This document shows, piece after piece, positions 10,907-20,194 of a stretch of DNA of 64,000 bases. The notes beneath the pieces were generated by a model. The model made no database searches, was not told the DNA's origin, and saw only the letters and a program-made list of their open reading frames with translations. The stretch covers positions 672,001 through 736,000 of the forward strand of contig CAVSHB010000001.1 of NCBI GenBank assembly GCA_963727775.1, read 5' to 3'. The first letter of the stretch is position 1; every line of letters begins with the position of its first letter. This stretch comes from an uncultured Nitrospiraceae bacterium. GTDB taxonomy: Bacteria; Nitrospirota; Thermodesulfovibrionia; Thermodesulfovibrionales; SM23-35. Both the position numbers and the translations under genes were made by a program.

Positions 10907-10912
10907 ATTTAC

Positions 10913-11000
10913 ATGAGAATTCTGCTTATAGAAGACGAGAAGGGGGTCGCAGGCTTTATAAAAAAGGCCTTGAGGAAGAGCTTTACTTGGTAGAGGTAGA
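10913..11000 (+). pseudogene. OmpR/CusR-type response regulator N-terminal remnant
   Basis: MRILLIEDEKGVAGFIKK, frameshift in an A-run, GLEEELYLVEV, then truncated at the ogg 3' end. Confidence 0.7.
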
Positions 11001-11005
11001 CCCAT

Positions 11006-11671
11006 TCATTTGAATATCTCTCCGGTTTCTTTATACCACCAAAGGAGGTCAAGGTGAGACATCGGAATACCTATTTGTCGTGAAAACTCAAGCATCTTTT
11101 TCTCTATCTGCAGATATTTTGCCTTTCCCAGGGAATGCGGGATTTCATCGATTACTCTGAACTGACTCAGGTTCCTGAGAATATGCCTGTCAAGGATTGC
11201 AAGCTTCTCTCCTAACCCCATGTTCCGTAAGAAATGGCCCGCTTCTTTATAGCCGAGACCTTTTATATTCATGACAAGCCATTCCCTGCATTCATAAGTA
11301 TCGGTAAATTTGTCGAGGAGGGGCTTGATGGAAATCCTGCCATTGGTTAAAAACAATTTTCTTGCAGCTACGATATACTCGGCTTTTTTGTTATGGAATC
11401 TCACACAGCGGAGACTTTTTCTGATCCGGTCAACAGGACCCTTTACCAGCAGTTGTTCTTCCTTCATCGTCACAATCGCGTCCCAGCAGGATTTTGCCCT
11501 GGATTGGGGAGTAAGCAGGCAGAAGGCCAACTCCCCGAAGATTTCCTCATCGCTTTTCTGAAGCCTGTTTTGTTCAAATTCCTTAAGACGGGATATGATC
11601 TCTTCCTTCTTGAGGAGGTAAATTTTTTTTAGATGAGCAAGTTTTTCTTTATTATTTATGATTATGGACAT
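11006..11671 (-). CDS. ogg: N-glycosylase/DNA lyase (8-oxoguanine DNA glycosylase, OGG2 type)
   Basis: ELAFCLLTPQS, VRFHNKKA, HhH motif IKGLGYKEAGHFLRN, AILDRHILR, LDLLWWYKETGEIFK. Confidence 0.92.
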   Translation of the reverse strand: MSIIINNKEKLAHLKKIYLLKKEEIISRLKEFEQNRLQKSDEEIFGELAFCLLTPQSRAKSCWDAIVTMKEEQLLVKGPVDRIRKSLRCVRFHNKKAEYIVAARKLFLTNGRISIKPLLDKFTDTYECREWLVMNIKGLGYKEAGHFLRNMGLGEKLAILDRHILRNLSQFRVIDEIPHSLGKAKYLQIEKKMLEFSRQIGIPMSHLDLLWWYKETGEIFK

Positions 11672-11746
11672 AGAAACATAACCGGCTTGCTGCAGGATTA
11701 TAGCCGATAGTTTAACACAAAGGCGGGATAGAGTATACTAAATGCT

Positions 11747-12847
11747 ATGACTGAGAACCTATGTGATATCAATAGCCCGTTCGAACACGGCGGGGACATC
11801 CATCTGGTTGCGGAAGAACTCGGGATACCCGACAGAAAAGTGATAGATTTCAGCGTATCGGTGAACCCGCTCGGCGTGTCAAAAAAAATTAAGGCGGAGA
11901 TCAGGAAACATCTGAAATATCTTCAAAATTATCCGGACCCGGATGCGCGGAGGTTGAGACAAAGGATCGCGCAGCTTAACGGTATAGAACCTGAATCGGT
12001 CCTATGCGGGAATGGAAGCACGGAACTTATTTATCTGACGGCTAAGACAGTAAGGCCTAAAAAAATACTTATAACGGCGCCTACATTCTCGGAATATGAA
12101 AATGCCTGCAGAAAAAATAGTGAGGCGGGTTTTACGTTTTATGAGCTGAACAAAGAAAACAATTTTGAGATCAGCCCTGATGAATTTATCCGGGCAATGT
12201 CAGTAGAGACGTCCTGTGATACGGCATTCCTTTGCAATCCCAATAATCCGACAGGGAGACTGCTGAAAAAGGAGGATGTCATAAAGATCGCGGCTGCTGC
12301 GCGGGAACGCGGCTGTTATCTCATTGTTGATGAGGCTTTTATCGATTTTACCCCTGAAGATTCAGTAATAGATCAGGTGAAGGGAAACCCCTATCTCATC
12401 GTGCTGAGAACAATGTCAAACTTCTACGCTCTGCCCGGCCTAAGAATTGGGTACGGCATCTTCCCACAGGATCTTATCGGCAGGTTAAAAGAATATAAAG
12501 AACCATGGACTGTAAACAGCCTTGCCCAGAGGGCAGCCGTGGCGGCATTGAACGACAAGGTATATAAAAATGAGACATTCAGGCTGCTGAGGGAAGAGCA
12601 AAGGTTTCTTGAGAGATCTTTCAGGAAAATGGGAATAGAGTTCTTCCGCCCGGATACTAATTTCTATCTGCTGAAAATGGACAATGCCCGTGAGCTATGC
12701 GGACATCTGAGGACGAAGGGCATTCTCATTAGAGACTGTTCGAATTTCAGAGGGCTTGACACTACATATCTAAGGGTGGCTGTGAAAGGTCATAAGGAAA
12801 ATGCGGTCCTGATAAAAATGCTTGGTTTGCTGAAAAATCGGGGTTAG
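11747..12847 (+). CDS. cobD: Threonine-phosphate decarboxylase CobD-like (class I/II aminotransferase fold); PLP lysine replaced by Asn
   Basis: HGGD, DFSVSVNPLG, YPDP, GNGSTELI, CNPNNPTG, VDEAFIDF, LPGLRIGY, IRDCSNFRGL. Confidence 0.85.
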   Translation: MTENLCDINSPFEHGGDIHLVAEELGIPDRKVIDFSVSVNPLGVSKKIKAEIRKHLKYLQNYPDPDARRLRQRIAQLNGIEPESVLCGNGSTELIYLTAKTVRPKKILITAPTFSEYENACRKNSEAGFTFYELNKENNFEISPDEFIRAMSVETSCDTAFLCNPNNPTGRLLKKEDVIKIAAAARERGCYLIVDEAFIDFTPEDSVIDQVKGNPYLIVLRTMSNFYALPGLRIGYGIFPQDLIGRLKEYKEPWTVNSLAQRAAVAALNDKVYKNETFRLLREEQRFLERSFRKMGIEFFRPDTNFYLLKMDNARELCGHLRTKGILIRDCSNFRGLDTTYLRVAVKGHKENAVLIKMLGLLKNRG

Positions 12848-12853
12848 AATACC

Positions 12854-13552
12854 ATGCTGTTCAGAGAATGGTTGAGAAGCGCTAATTTTGCAATAGAGGG
12901 CATCCTTCACGCCGCAAAGACCCAACGGCATTTAAGGTATCATTTTTTCACCGCGGCTACCGTCCTTTTTTTCAGTTATGCCCTCGGTGTCTCGCGAACC
13001 GAATTTCTTATCATCGCGCTGTCTGTGATAGCCGTGCTTTTGGCCGAAATGTTCAATACCGCTGTGGAATCGATAGTCGATATCATATCTCCGGAACATA
13101 GCGAGAAGGCGCGTATAGCAAAGGACGTGGCAGCTGGGTCGGTATTTATCACGGCTTTCGGGGTCGCGGTCATAGGCTATATAATCCTGTTCCCCTACCT
13201 GCGCGATGTGTTCTATAAGGGGCTCCATATTACAAAACACTCAAATGAGGAAATTGCCCTCATAGCGTTCATAATAGTTCTCATTCTTGTTGTTATAACC
13301 AAGGCATATTTCGGGAGAGGCCTTCCATTGCGCGGGGGCATGCCGAGCGGACACGCTGCTCTCGCATTTTCAGCCTGGGTTGCGGCAACGTTTATAACGG
13401 AAAATTTCGTTGTTTCATTACTGACTTTCATAATTGCCGTAGTCATCGCCCAAAGCAGGATAGCAATAATGGCGCACACCGTTTGGGAGGTTGTACTCGG
13501 GAGCCTCATGGGCGCATCGGTAACATTCCTGCTGTTCAGGTTATTTTCGTAG
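12854..13552 (+). CDS. Diacylglycerol/undecaprenol kinase fused to a PAP2 domain
   Basis: AEMFNTAVE..VD, AKDVAAG (DgkA-like); GGMPSGHA, QSRI...HT..EV (PAP2). Confidence 0.9.
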   Translation: MLFREWLRSANFAIEGILHAAKTQRHLRYHFFTAATVLFFSYALGVSRTEFLIIALSVIAVLLAEMFNTAVESIVDIISPEHSEKARIAKDVAAGSVFITAFGVAVIGYIILFPYLRDVFYKGLHITKHSNEEIALIAFIIVLILVVITKAYFGRGLPLRGGMPSGHAALAFSAWVAATFITENFVVSLLTFIIAVVIAQSRIAIMAHTVWEVVLGSLMGASVTFLLFRLFS

Positions 13553-13592
13553 CGTATTGCTTTCCTTTGATTACTCGATTGTGAAATAATAC

Positions 13593-14453
13593 ATGATGCA
13601 TGCGCTTTGTGACTCGATAGTAGAACTTTTCCGGAAGGCCGCGACATTATTGCCGCCGGATGTTGAGTCTGCGTTAAGGCGCGCGCACAGGAGAGAAAAA
13701 GAAGGGTCTAACGCAAAGGCGGCGCTATCAACTGTGCTGAAAAATATAAAGGCCGCAAGCGAGATGTCCCGTCCTTTGTGCCAGGACACCGGTGTGCCTA
13801 TTTTTTTCATAAGGGTTCCGGCCGGTATCAGCCATCTTAAATTAAAGGAAACAATAATAAAAGCAACGCGAATTGCGACAAAGGCGGTCCCTTTAAGGCC
13901 GAATGCGGTCGACATAGTCACGGATAAAAACTCGGGGGACAATACGGGCATCGGCTTCCCTGTCATGTATATTGAAGAAACCGCGAATAAAAGGCTTACA
14001 ATCGATCTTATGCTGAAGGGTGCGGGAAGCGAGAACATCGGACAACTTTACAAATTGCCTATCGAAGGACTGAAGGCCGAGAGAAACCTGGACGGGGTCA
14101 GGAAATGCGCGCTTGACGCCGTAAACAAGGCACAGGGGAAAGGATGTCCCCCGTATATTATAGGGATCGGGATAGGCGCTTCAAAAGACCAGGTGACGAG
14201 ACTTTCCAAAGAACAGCTTATGAGGAATCTTCAAGATGTGAATGAAGATGAAATCCTGCCAAGGTTTGAAAACAGAATTATGGATGATATTAACCGGCTC
14301 GGGATAGGTCCTCTCGGATTAAGTGGAAGGACGACTGCTATGGGGGTCAAGATCGGAGTGAATCACCGGCACCCCGCGTCTTATTTCGTGGATATCTCCA
14401 TATCCTGCTGGGCATGCAGAAGGGCAAGGCTGGTATGGCAGACCAAAAGGTGA
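13593..14453 (+). CDS. Fe-S fumarate hydratase/tartrate dehydratase alpha subunit
   Basis: PLCQDTG, LRPNAV, KGAGSEN, GCPP, GIGPLGL.G, RHPAS, CWACRR. Confidence 0.93.
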   Translation: MMHALCDSIVELFRKAATLLPPDVESALRRAHRREKEGSNAKAALSTVLKNIKAASEMSRPLCQDTGVPIFFIRVPAGISHLKLKETIIKATRIATKAVPLRPNAVDIVTDKNSGDNTGIGFPVMYIEETANKRLTIDLMLKGAGSENIGQLYKLPIEGLKAERNLDGVRKCALDAVNKAQGKGCPPYIIGIGIGASKDQVTRLSKEQLMRNLQDVNEDEILPRFENRIMDDINRLGIGPLGLSGRTTAMGVKIGVNHRHPASYFVDISISCWACRRARLVWQTKR

Positions 14454-15073
14454 AAGTCCGAAGCTCAAAGAATAAGGCTGCCAAGGCAAAGATAATAACC
14501 CTGCCGCTGACAAAGGCAGATGTTCTCAAATTAAGCGTCGGAGACATGGTCCTTATTAATGGGCGCATTATAACAGGCAGGGACAAGGCGCACAGGTTTT
14601 TGTTTAACGAGAAGTCGCCTAAAGCAGAGATACCGTTTGATCTCGAAGGTTCGATTATCTATCACTGCGGACCCATTATCAAGAATATTCCGGGAGGGTA
14701 TGAGGTTGTGGCGAGCGGTCCTACAACAAGCATGCGTGTTGAAATGTATGAAGCCGGGATAATCTCGGAATACGGGCTTGCGGGCGTTATGGGAAAAGGC
14801 GGTATGGGTGTGCAGACCATGAGCGCGCTCAAGAAATATGGTTGTGTTTACCTGAACACCATCGGCGGCGCCGCCGTCTATCTTGCCGAAAGGGTGCGAA
14901 GGGTCGTCGACGTCTGGAAGCTTGAGGAATTCGGTATGACGGAAGCGATGTGGGTATTGGAGGTAGAGAATTTCCCTGCAATAGTGACAATGGACGCGCA
15001 CGGCGAAAGTCTTCACAAAGATATAGAAGCTAAATCGGATAAAGAATTCAGAAAGCTTATTGGGGTTAAGTGA
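14435..15073 (+). CDS. Fe-S fumarate hydratase/tartrate dehydratase beta subunit
   Basis: TGRDKAH, IYHCGP, GPTTSMR, GKGGM, GGAA, GMTEA, VTMDAHG. Confidence 0.93.
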   Translation: MADQKVKVRSSKNKAAKAKIITLPLTKADVLKLSVGDMVLINGRIITGRDKAHRFLFNEKSPKAEIPFDLEGSIIYHCGPIIKNIPGGYEVVASGPTTSMRVEMYEAGIISEYGLAGVMGKGGMGVQTMSALKKYGCVYLNTIGGAAVYLAERVRRVVDVWKLEEFGMTEAMWVLEVENFPAIVTMDAHGESLHKDIEAKSDKEFRKLIGVK

Positions 15074-15296
15074 AGAATGCGGTTGACGACAGGTATACAG
15101 GCAGTAAAACCTTTACAAATCGCAATTGGGAAAATTAGAGAACTCTGTGTTATTAACGATAATGTGAAGCTTATCGGATAAGCAGTTGTCTTACAAAGGT
15201 GGCGACGTAAAGATTTTCCTGCCCATATACCTGTCAGTCATTATTTCCAAATGTCTTGTGAATAGTTCCGGGTAGAAGGAGAATAAACGCTATATA

Positions 15297-15557
15297 TTAT
15301 TTCCGAAACTGATATATGTTCTTACCCGCGTCTACCAAAAGCGGTTTGCCCTTGATCGTCAGGCCTTCATTGATAACGAGAAAGGTCTCCTTAAGCGGCA
15401 GGCTATTTCCCTCAATGGCGTTTGAATTGTATGTCATCTCTATCCCAAATTGCTCCCTCAGTTTCCGGACAGCTGTCTCCGGGAGGGGGCGATAGGAATT
15501 TAACAGGGTCAATTTCCCGTCCGGACGTTCCTGCATATCCTTAGTCAAGTATTTCAT
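15297..15557 (-). pseudogene. Fic family protein, N-terminal fragment
   Basis: LNSYRPLP...EMTYNSNAIEGNSL.LKET..VI.EGLTI.GKPL; Fic catalytic motif absent. Confidence 0.8.
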
Positions 15558-15644
15558 ATTTTAAGCTTCCTCTTAATATGGTTTATAGCATTTTATTAGT
15601 TATACCATATTAAGCTGTTAGAAATGAATCATCACCAATCATCA

Positions 15645-15815
15645 TCATCCCGCCACTGCCTTCCAGCCCCATGCGACTAATGTTATCCCCATATAACAAG
15701 CAAGGGGCCAGTAGGCGTTACCGATGAGGACGCTTGACATAAAAATTGTCAAGTCCGTTTTGTTCATACCATTGAATTTTCAGTGGCGGGGGTAAGCAGT
15801 GGTTGAGTAAAGGGT
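15645..15815 (-). pseudogene. Degraded paralogue of the 3' end of the membrane protein gene at 16438-16974
   Basis: TTAYPRH*KFNGMNKTDLTIFMSSVLIGNAYWPLACYMGITLVAWGWKAVAG* vs TTAFMRQGKYNGMSKRDWSIFAGSLILGNAYWTLACYMGITLVEWGQQAVAG*. Confidence 0.85.
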
Positions 15816-15817
15816 AA

Positions 15818-16199
15818 TCAGCCGGAAATGCTCTGAACTTTTATCAAAACCCCTGCTTTTTTTATGACATCTTTATCGAGACTCAAAAGAATAGAGTTCG
15901 TAAGTTTTGCAGTAGCAATGACGACACTGTCGCCGAGTTTTGTTTTGCATTTTCTGCGAATCTCTGCCGCCATCCGTGCAAGTTGAGTATCAAGCGGGAT
16001 AATGGTAAATTCCTGAAGGAAGCGCTTTATTTGGGTAATTTCTTCGCCGGTCAAAAGCGCAAATGACAAAAGCTCAACCTCGGTTATCACTGATATAAAA
16101 AAAATGCTTACCGGCTTCCCTCCATACAAGAAGTTGATCCACAACTTTTTTGTCATCATTGAGGTAACCGATAAGGATATTGGTATCTAAGGTGAACAC
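15818..16199 (-). pseudogene. vapC: VapC/PIN toxin, frameshifted in a homopolymer
   Basis: GTG start, FTLDTNILIGYL...KHFF, one extra base in the A8 run (16097-16104), then ISVITEVELL...KLGDSVVIATA..LLSLD. Confidence 0.85.
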
Positions 16200-16207
16200 A
16201 GGCCGTA

Positions 16208-16393
16208 TTACCTGTCCCACTCCTCACGAAGCTTCTTCTGACAGGCAACGGCGCTGATCTTCCTGTGTTTCAACAGACCTTTGGCTTGCACCCATGGATC
16301 AGAGACGTTTTGCATTAATTTTGACAGCTCTTTTGGGGAGATTTTCTTGTCCCTGACTAATTCTTCCAGATGCTCTCTCAATAAAATGCCCAT
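16208..16393 (-). CDS. Probable VapB-type antitoxin
   Basis: 61 aa directly upstream of the PIN gene; W..AKG..K....QKKLREEWDR tail typical of such antitoxins. Confidence 0.7.
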   Translation of the reverse strand: MGILLREHLEELVRDKKISPKELSKLMQNVSDPWVQAKGLLKHRKISAVACQKKLREEWDR

Positions 16394-16437
16394 AGATTAA
16401 TTATATCAGAAACAAACCCAAATGAGAAAAATCATTA

Positions 16438-16974
16438 TCACCCCGCAACCGCCTGCTGTCCCCATTCGACCAGCGTGATTCCCATATAACAGGCAAGGGT
16501 CCAGTAAGCGTTGCCGAGGATAAGACTTCCTGCAAAAATTGACCAGTCCCTTTTTGACATACCGTTATATTTCCCTTGCCGCATGAAGGCGGTGGTGACG
16601 AATGGGTCAAACTTGACGGATAAGAAAAAGAATACGATGGGTTTGCTTTTTTTCAGGACCCACGCAGTCACATGCCCTATTTTTTTAGTGCCCTTATAGG
16701 TTTTTATTTCTTTTATCGCTTCTATCCCTATCCAATCACGCTTTGACCAGTCATAGAATTTCATTATCAGAATGCACGCAACGAATGACAAGAAAGTCAT
16801 AATGGCCCCGCCTCGGAAAAATCCGAAATTGTAGATAACGAAGGGATAAAAGAAATAATCGAAAATCCAAACAGTCAAACGACTTGCAATAAGTCCAATG
16901 GACAGTTCAGCAAATCTACTGTTATAAAATAGCGGGCTTTTGAAAGAGCTGTTTTTGGTATTTTCTGCTTTCAT
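16438..16974 (-). CDS. Hypothetical membrane protein
   Basis: About 4 hydrophobic segments; YDWSKRDW.GIE, KFDPF.TT; start MKAENT just after the upstream stop. Confidence 0.75.
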   Translation of the reverse strand: MKAENTKNSSFKSPLFYNSRFAELSIGLIASRLTVWIFDYFFYPFVIYNFGFFRGGAIMTFLSFVACILIMKFYDWSKRDWIGIEAIKEIKTYKGTKKIGHVTAWVLKKSKPIVFFFLSVKFDPFVTTAFMRQGKYNGMSKRDWSIFAGSLILGNAYWTLACYMGITLVEWGQQAVAG

Positions 16975-16981
16975 TCCTATC

Positions 16982-17533
16982 TTATTTCGGTATGCATATC
17001 TCAACATACTCAAAAGGAAGATAGTCATGTATTGCTAAAGATACATTTCTCCGCGTTATCAGGAATTTGCCAAATTTTCTTATTATTATCTTGTGGAGTC
17101 CATTACCAGATACGATATGTGCCGATATTTTGTGACAGTCTCTCTCTTGGGCTTCTTTGATTAAGGCATCCCCTAATCTAAGAAAAGTAAGCCCTTCTCG
17201 ATCTTCAGGCAGTACTACGACTTTATCAATATAATACATGCCGTCATCAGGCCTCATTTCAATGTCTTCATCTTTTAGTTCTGCATAGGCACTGTTCTGA
17301 GGTATTCCTAAAATCCATCCTGCAATACTTTTTCCTTTCTTAAGAAAAATATTAATGTTGGTGGGTGTAGTCAGATTTTCTACAATTTTTTCGCGCGTGT
17401 CTTGTATTTTAATTGGAAACAAAGAATCAAGCATCAAAACTGTTTTCAGATATTCATCTTTAAAATCCCTAATAACCTCAGTTTGAAAGTCCCTTCCCGA
17501 AATCGGCATAGTGTTTGTTTGGATGCTTTTCAT
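16982..17533 (-). CDS. Hypothetical protein, GNAT-like fold
   Basis: IAGWILG, YYIDKVVVLPEDREG..LG.ALIKEA..R.C.KISAH resembles GNAT motif A/B; ATGA overlap with speD. Confidence 0.6.
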   Translation of the reverse strand: MKSIQTNTMPISGRDFQTEVIRDFKDEYLKTVLMLDSLFPIKIQDTREKIVENLTTPTNINIFLKKGKSIAGWILGIPQNSAYAELKDEDIEMRPDDGMYYIDKVVVLPEDREGLTFLRLGDALIKEAQERDCHKISAHIVSGNGLHKIIIRKFGKFLITRRNVSLAIHDYLPFEYVEICIPK

Positions 17534-17919
17534 TTTTTAGAAAAAATCCTGAACCCCCTTTTCAATCTTCTTCTTCTCATCTTCTTATGACAGACGGTTG
17601 CACCGATATATTTCACAATTCCCTTTGCCTCATTATCGCCCCCGCAACTGAAAACGTCGCATGTGACGTATGCATACTCAGGCCAGGTGTGAATCGATAT
17701 GTGCGACGCGGAAAGAAGGAGATAGCCGGTGATCCCATGAGGAGAGAACCTATAGAAATGCTTATTCAGTACTGTGATGCCGGAATCAACAATTGCCTTT
17801 GAAAGTAGCTTTCGCCAAAAGGGAAGAGAGTCCACCTGCTCTTTTGCACAGCCGAAGAACTCAAGCAGGTAGTGAACGCCATCCGGCGGACTGTTATGAA
17901 TGGCTCTTTCTTGAGCCAC
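17530..17919 (-). CDS. speD: S-adenosylmethionine decarboxylase proenzyme family (SpeD/SpeH, pyruvoyl-dependent)
   Basis: G.HYLLEFFGC, FSPHGITG, SHISIHTWPE, DVFSCG; cleavage dipeptide A-S instead of E-S. Confidence 0.85.
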   Translation of the reverse strand: MAQERAIHNSPPDGVHYLLEFFGCAKEQVDSLPFWRKLLSKAIVDSGITVLNKHFYRFSPHGITGYLLLSASHISIHTWPEYAYVTCDVFSCGGDNEAKGIVKYIGATVCHKKMRRRRLKRGFRIFSKK

Positions 17920-18176
17920 AGCTAAAACTCCCTATTGTAGTAGTGCGTTCTTAAAGAAAGTGTTTCGCTGTCATTCGGCAAAATCCCCCCTGTCGTTTGA
18001 CCCTCTTTGCCTGTCTTCAAAACATATGTAATCAGCGCTTGTCTTGTCATAAATAACCAATAGTTATCAAATGCAATATAAATACAACATATTGGTGCTA
18101 AGAGTCAATCAATTAAGCACATTTACTGGGTTTAAAGAGGCGCTTTGACAACATATAATTCCTAAGGAGAAATGGA

Positions 18177-18491
18177 ATGAATAACGCTATACGGAAGAAA
18201 TTGGGCGATAAAATCAGACAATTGAGGAAATTGCGAGAACTGACGCAAGAGCAATTAGGTGAAAAAGCAGGGATCAGTTATAAGTTCATCGGAGAGGTCG
18301 AAAGAGGCATCGTCAATCCAAGTTTGGATTCCTTAATAGGGATAGCGCGAGCCCTGAATGTCAACGTCAAAGAATTGTTCCCAAGTGAAAGTGATCTGAT
18401 CACCGAGTTTTCTTCCGAAGAACTGCAAACCATCAAGAGGGCTGTGAAGTTACTGAATAGCCGATTAAACGTAAAGAGCGTAAAATCATAG
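18177..18491 (+). CDS. XRE-family HTH transcriptional regulator
   Basis: LGDKIRQLRK..LTQEQLGEKAGIS..FIGEVERG..NPSL. Confidence 0.92.
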   Translation: MNNAIRKKLGDKIRQLRKLRELTQEQLGEKAGISYKFIGEVERGIVNPSLDSLIGIARALNVNVKELFPSESDLITEFSSEELQTIKRAVKLLNSRLNVKSVKS

Positions 18492-18619
18492 AATCGGTAG
18501 CAAGCCTGTCGGCCTTGAATATCTCTTCTTCTCCACGACCTTCCCTACGACTCTGTATTTATTTCCCTTTTTCAGCTCGATATCCGGGGATTTCGGATTC
18601 AAGGGATGAGAACCAAGCG

Positions 18620-19039
18620 TCAACCTTCAGTTACAAAACTTTCTCTTATGAGGAACTCCTTTGCTTTTGCTATCTGTATGTTCTGGAAACTGCCCACTTC
18701 AAGCAGATGTCTATCTCCTGAAATGATATAGTCGGCATGACCATCTGCGGCACAATCAAGAAAGATATTATCTGTCGGGTCGGAAGTGATCAGAGAGACC
18801 CGGCTTTTGATTTCGACAAGCTCTGCGTTCCCCCTGATATTCATAACAATGGGCCTGATCTCATTCGGCAAGAGCCCGAACTTTGTATACCCAAGCACCC
18901 TGATCAGTTCTGCCTCCATGTCTTTGCTGAGCAGCATGGAAAGCTTTCTTTCACGAATCAAATCATAGACGTCTCTCGGATATCCTTTCCAGAAGAGCGC
19001 CGCGATCGTCACATTTGTGTCAAGGACAACTCTTTTCAA
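18620..19039 (-). CDS. PIN-domain putative toxin
   Basis: RVVLDTNV, DPTDNIFLDCA..G.ADYIISGDRHLL. Confidence 0.9.
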   Translation of the reverse strand: MKRVVLDTNVTIAALFWKGYPRDVYDLIRERKLSMLLSKDMEAELIRVLGYTKFGLLPNEIRPIVMNIRGNAELVEIKSRVSLITSDPTDNIFLDCAADGHADYIISGDRHLLEVGSFQNIQIAKAKEFLIRESFVTEG

Positions 19040-19266
19040 TGAACTCCCCGCGATTCATGAATGATTCGTTCTATGTCCTGCTCAGTAAGGTCTGCAAACC
19101 CTTTCTCCTTTGCAATCATCGCAGCATAGCCGTAAATGTCCGGCTCTTCCACTGGCATCAGTAATACTTCAAACACGCTTCCGACCTCCTTTGCCGCATC
19201 TTCCGGCAATGAAAGGTGGCCGTCAGGCAAGACCTTGCCTATAAATCGTCTGGCGCTTGTTTTCAT
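19036..19266 (-). CDS. Putative antitoxin
   Basis: 76 aa, GGAGG RBS, 4-nt overlap with the PIN gene; GKVLPDGHLSLP...LTEQDIERIIHESR. Confidence 0.75.
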   Translation of the reverse strand: MKTSARRFIGKVLPDGHLSLPEDAAKEVGSVFEVLLMPVEEPDIYGYAAMIAKEKGFADLTEQDIERIIHESRGVH

Positions 19267-19423
19267 TGAAATACCTCCTTCAACATCTTACCACTTTTGA
19301 GTAATTCTAATCCCTTTTCATCTTTTCCACAACCTTCCCAGCGGCTCTAAGCTCACCTTTATTCGAGACTGAGATAAGAGACTTCCTCGATTAATATCAT
19401 GGGAGATCGGATAATGAAGAAAG

Positions 19424-20194
19424 CTATATATTATTCCCGAAACTGATATATGTTTTACCTGAGTCCTGTTTTTGTATTTCTATATTCACGTCGAACGCCT
19501 CTTTCAATAAATCCTTTGTCAATACTGTTTCCGGGCTGCCGATGTCGAGGATCCTTCCATCCTTAATCAGTATGACCTTCTCAAACTGCAAGGCAATGTT
19601 GATATCGTGGAGCGCCATGATGATCGAGATATTTTTTTTCTCTTTCAGTCCGCTGAGCAGTCGCTGTATCTCAAACTGATATTTTATGTCGAGGTTCGCC
19701 AAAGGCTCGTCGAGGAGCAGGAGCCCCGCTCCCTGGATCAGCGTCATCGCTATAAAGGCCCTTCTCCTTTCCCCGCCGCTCAGCGTTGTTATGTATGATT
19801 GTGCCTTTGGCAGAAGGCCGACCATCTCCAATGCCTCATCAGCAGTTAATTCAGGAGGTATATCGTACGGATAAAGTCCCATGGATACAAGTTCGCGGAC
19901 TCTGAAAGGCAGGTTCATATCAAGGAGCTGAGGCAGGTAACATAGTAGCTTTGCCCTGTCCTTATGCTTGTATGAATGCAACGGTTTCCCCCAGAGTTTT
20001 ATCCCGCCGGCTGTTTGCCTTAAAATACCGCCGGCTATTTTAAGGATAGTAGATTTGCCTGAACCGTTCGGTCCGAGAAGTCCGATGAATTCTCCGTCCC
20101 CGGCAGAGAATGTGAGATCATTAATGAGTTTTTTGTTCCTGTCATATTGGAACCCAACGTTGTCGAGTTCAAGAATGGTATGGGTTTCCTTCAT
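19424..20194 (-). CDS. Cobalamin/Fe-siderophore ABC transporter ATP-binding protein
   Basis: GPNGSGKST, LSGGE, LLLDEP, LHD. Confidence 0.93.
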   Translation of the reverse strand: MKETHTILELDNVGFQYDRNKKLINDLTFSAGDGEFIGLLGPNGSGKSTILKIAGGILRQTAGGIKLWGKPLHSYKHKDRAKLLCYLPQLLDMNLPFRVRELVSMGLYPYDIPPELTADEALEMVGLLPKAQSYITTLSGGERRRAFIAMTLIQGAGLLLLDEPLANLDIKYQFEIQRLLSGLKEKKNISIIMALHDINIALQFEKVILIKDGRILDIGSPETVLTKDLLKEAFDVNIEIQKQDSGKTYISFGNNI

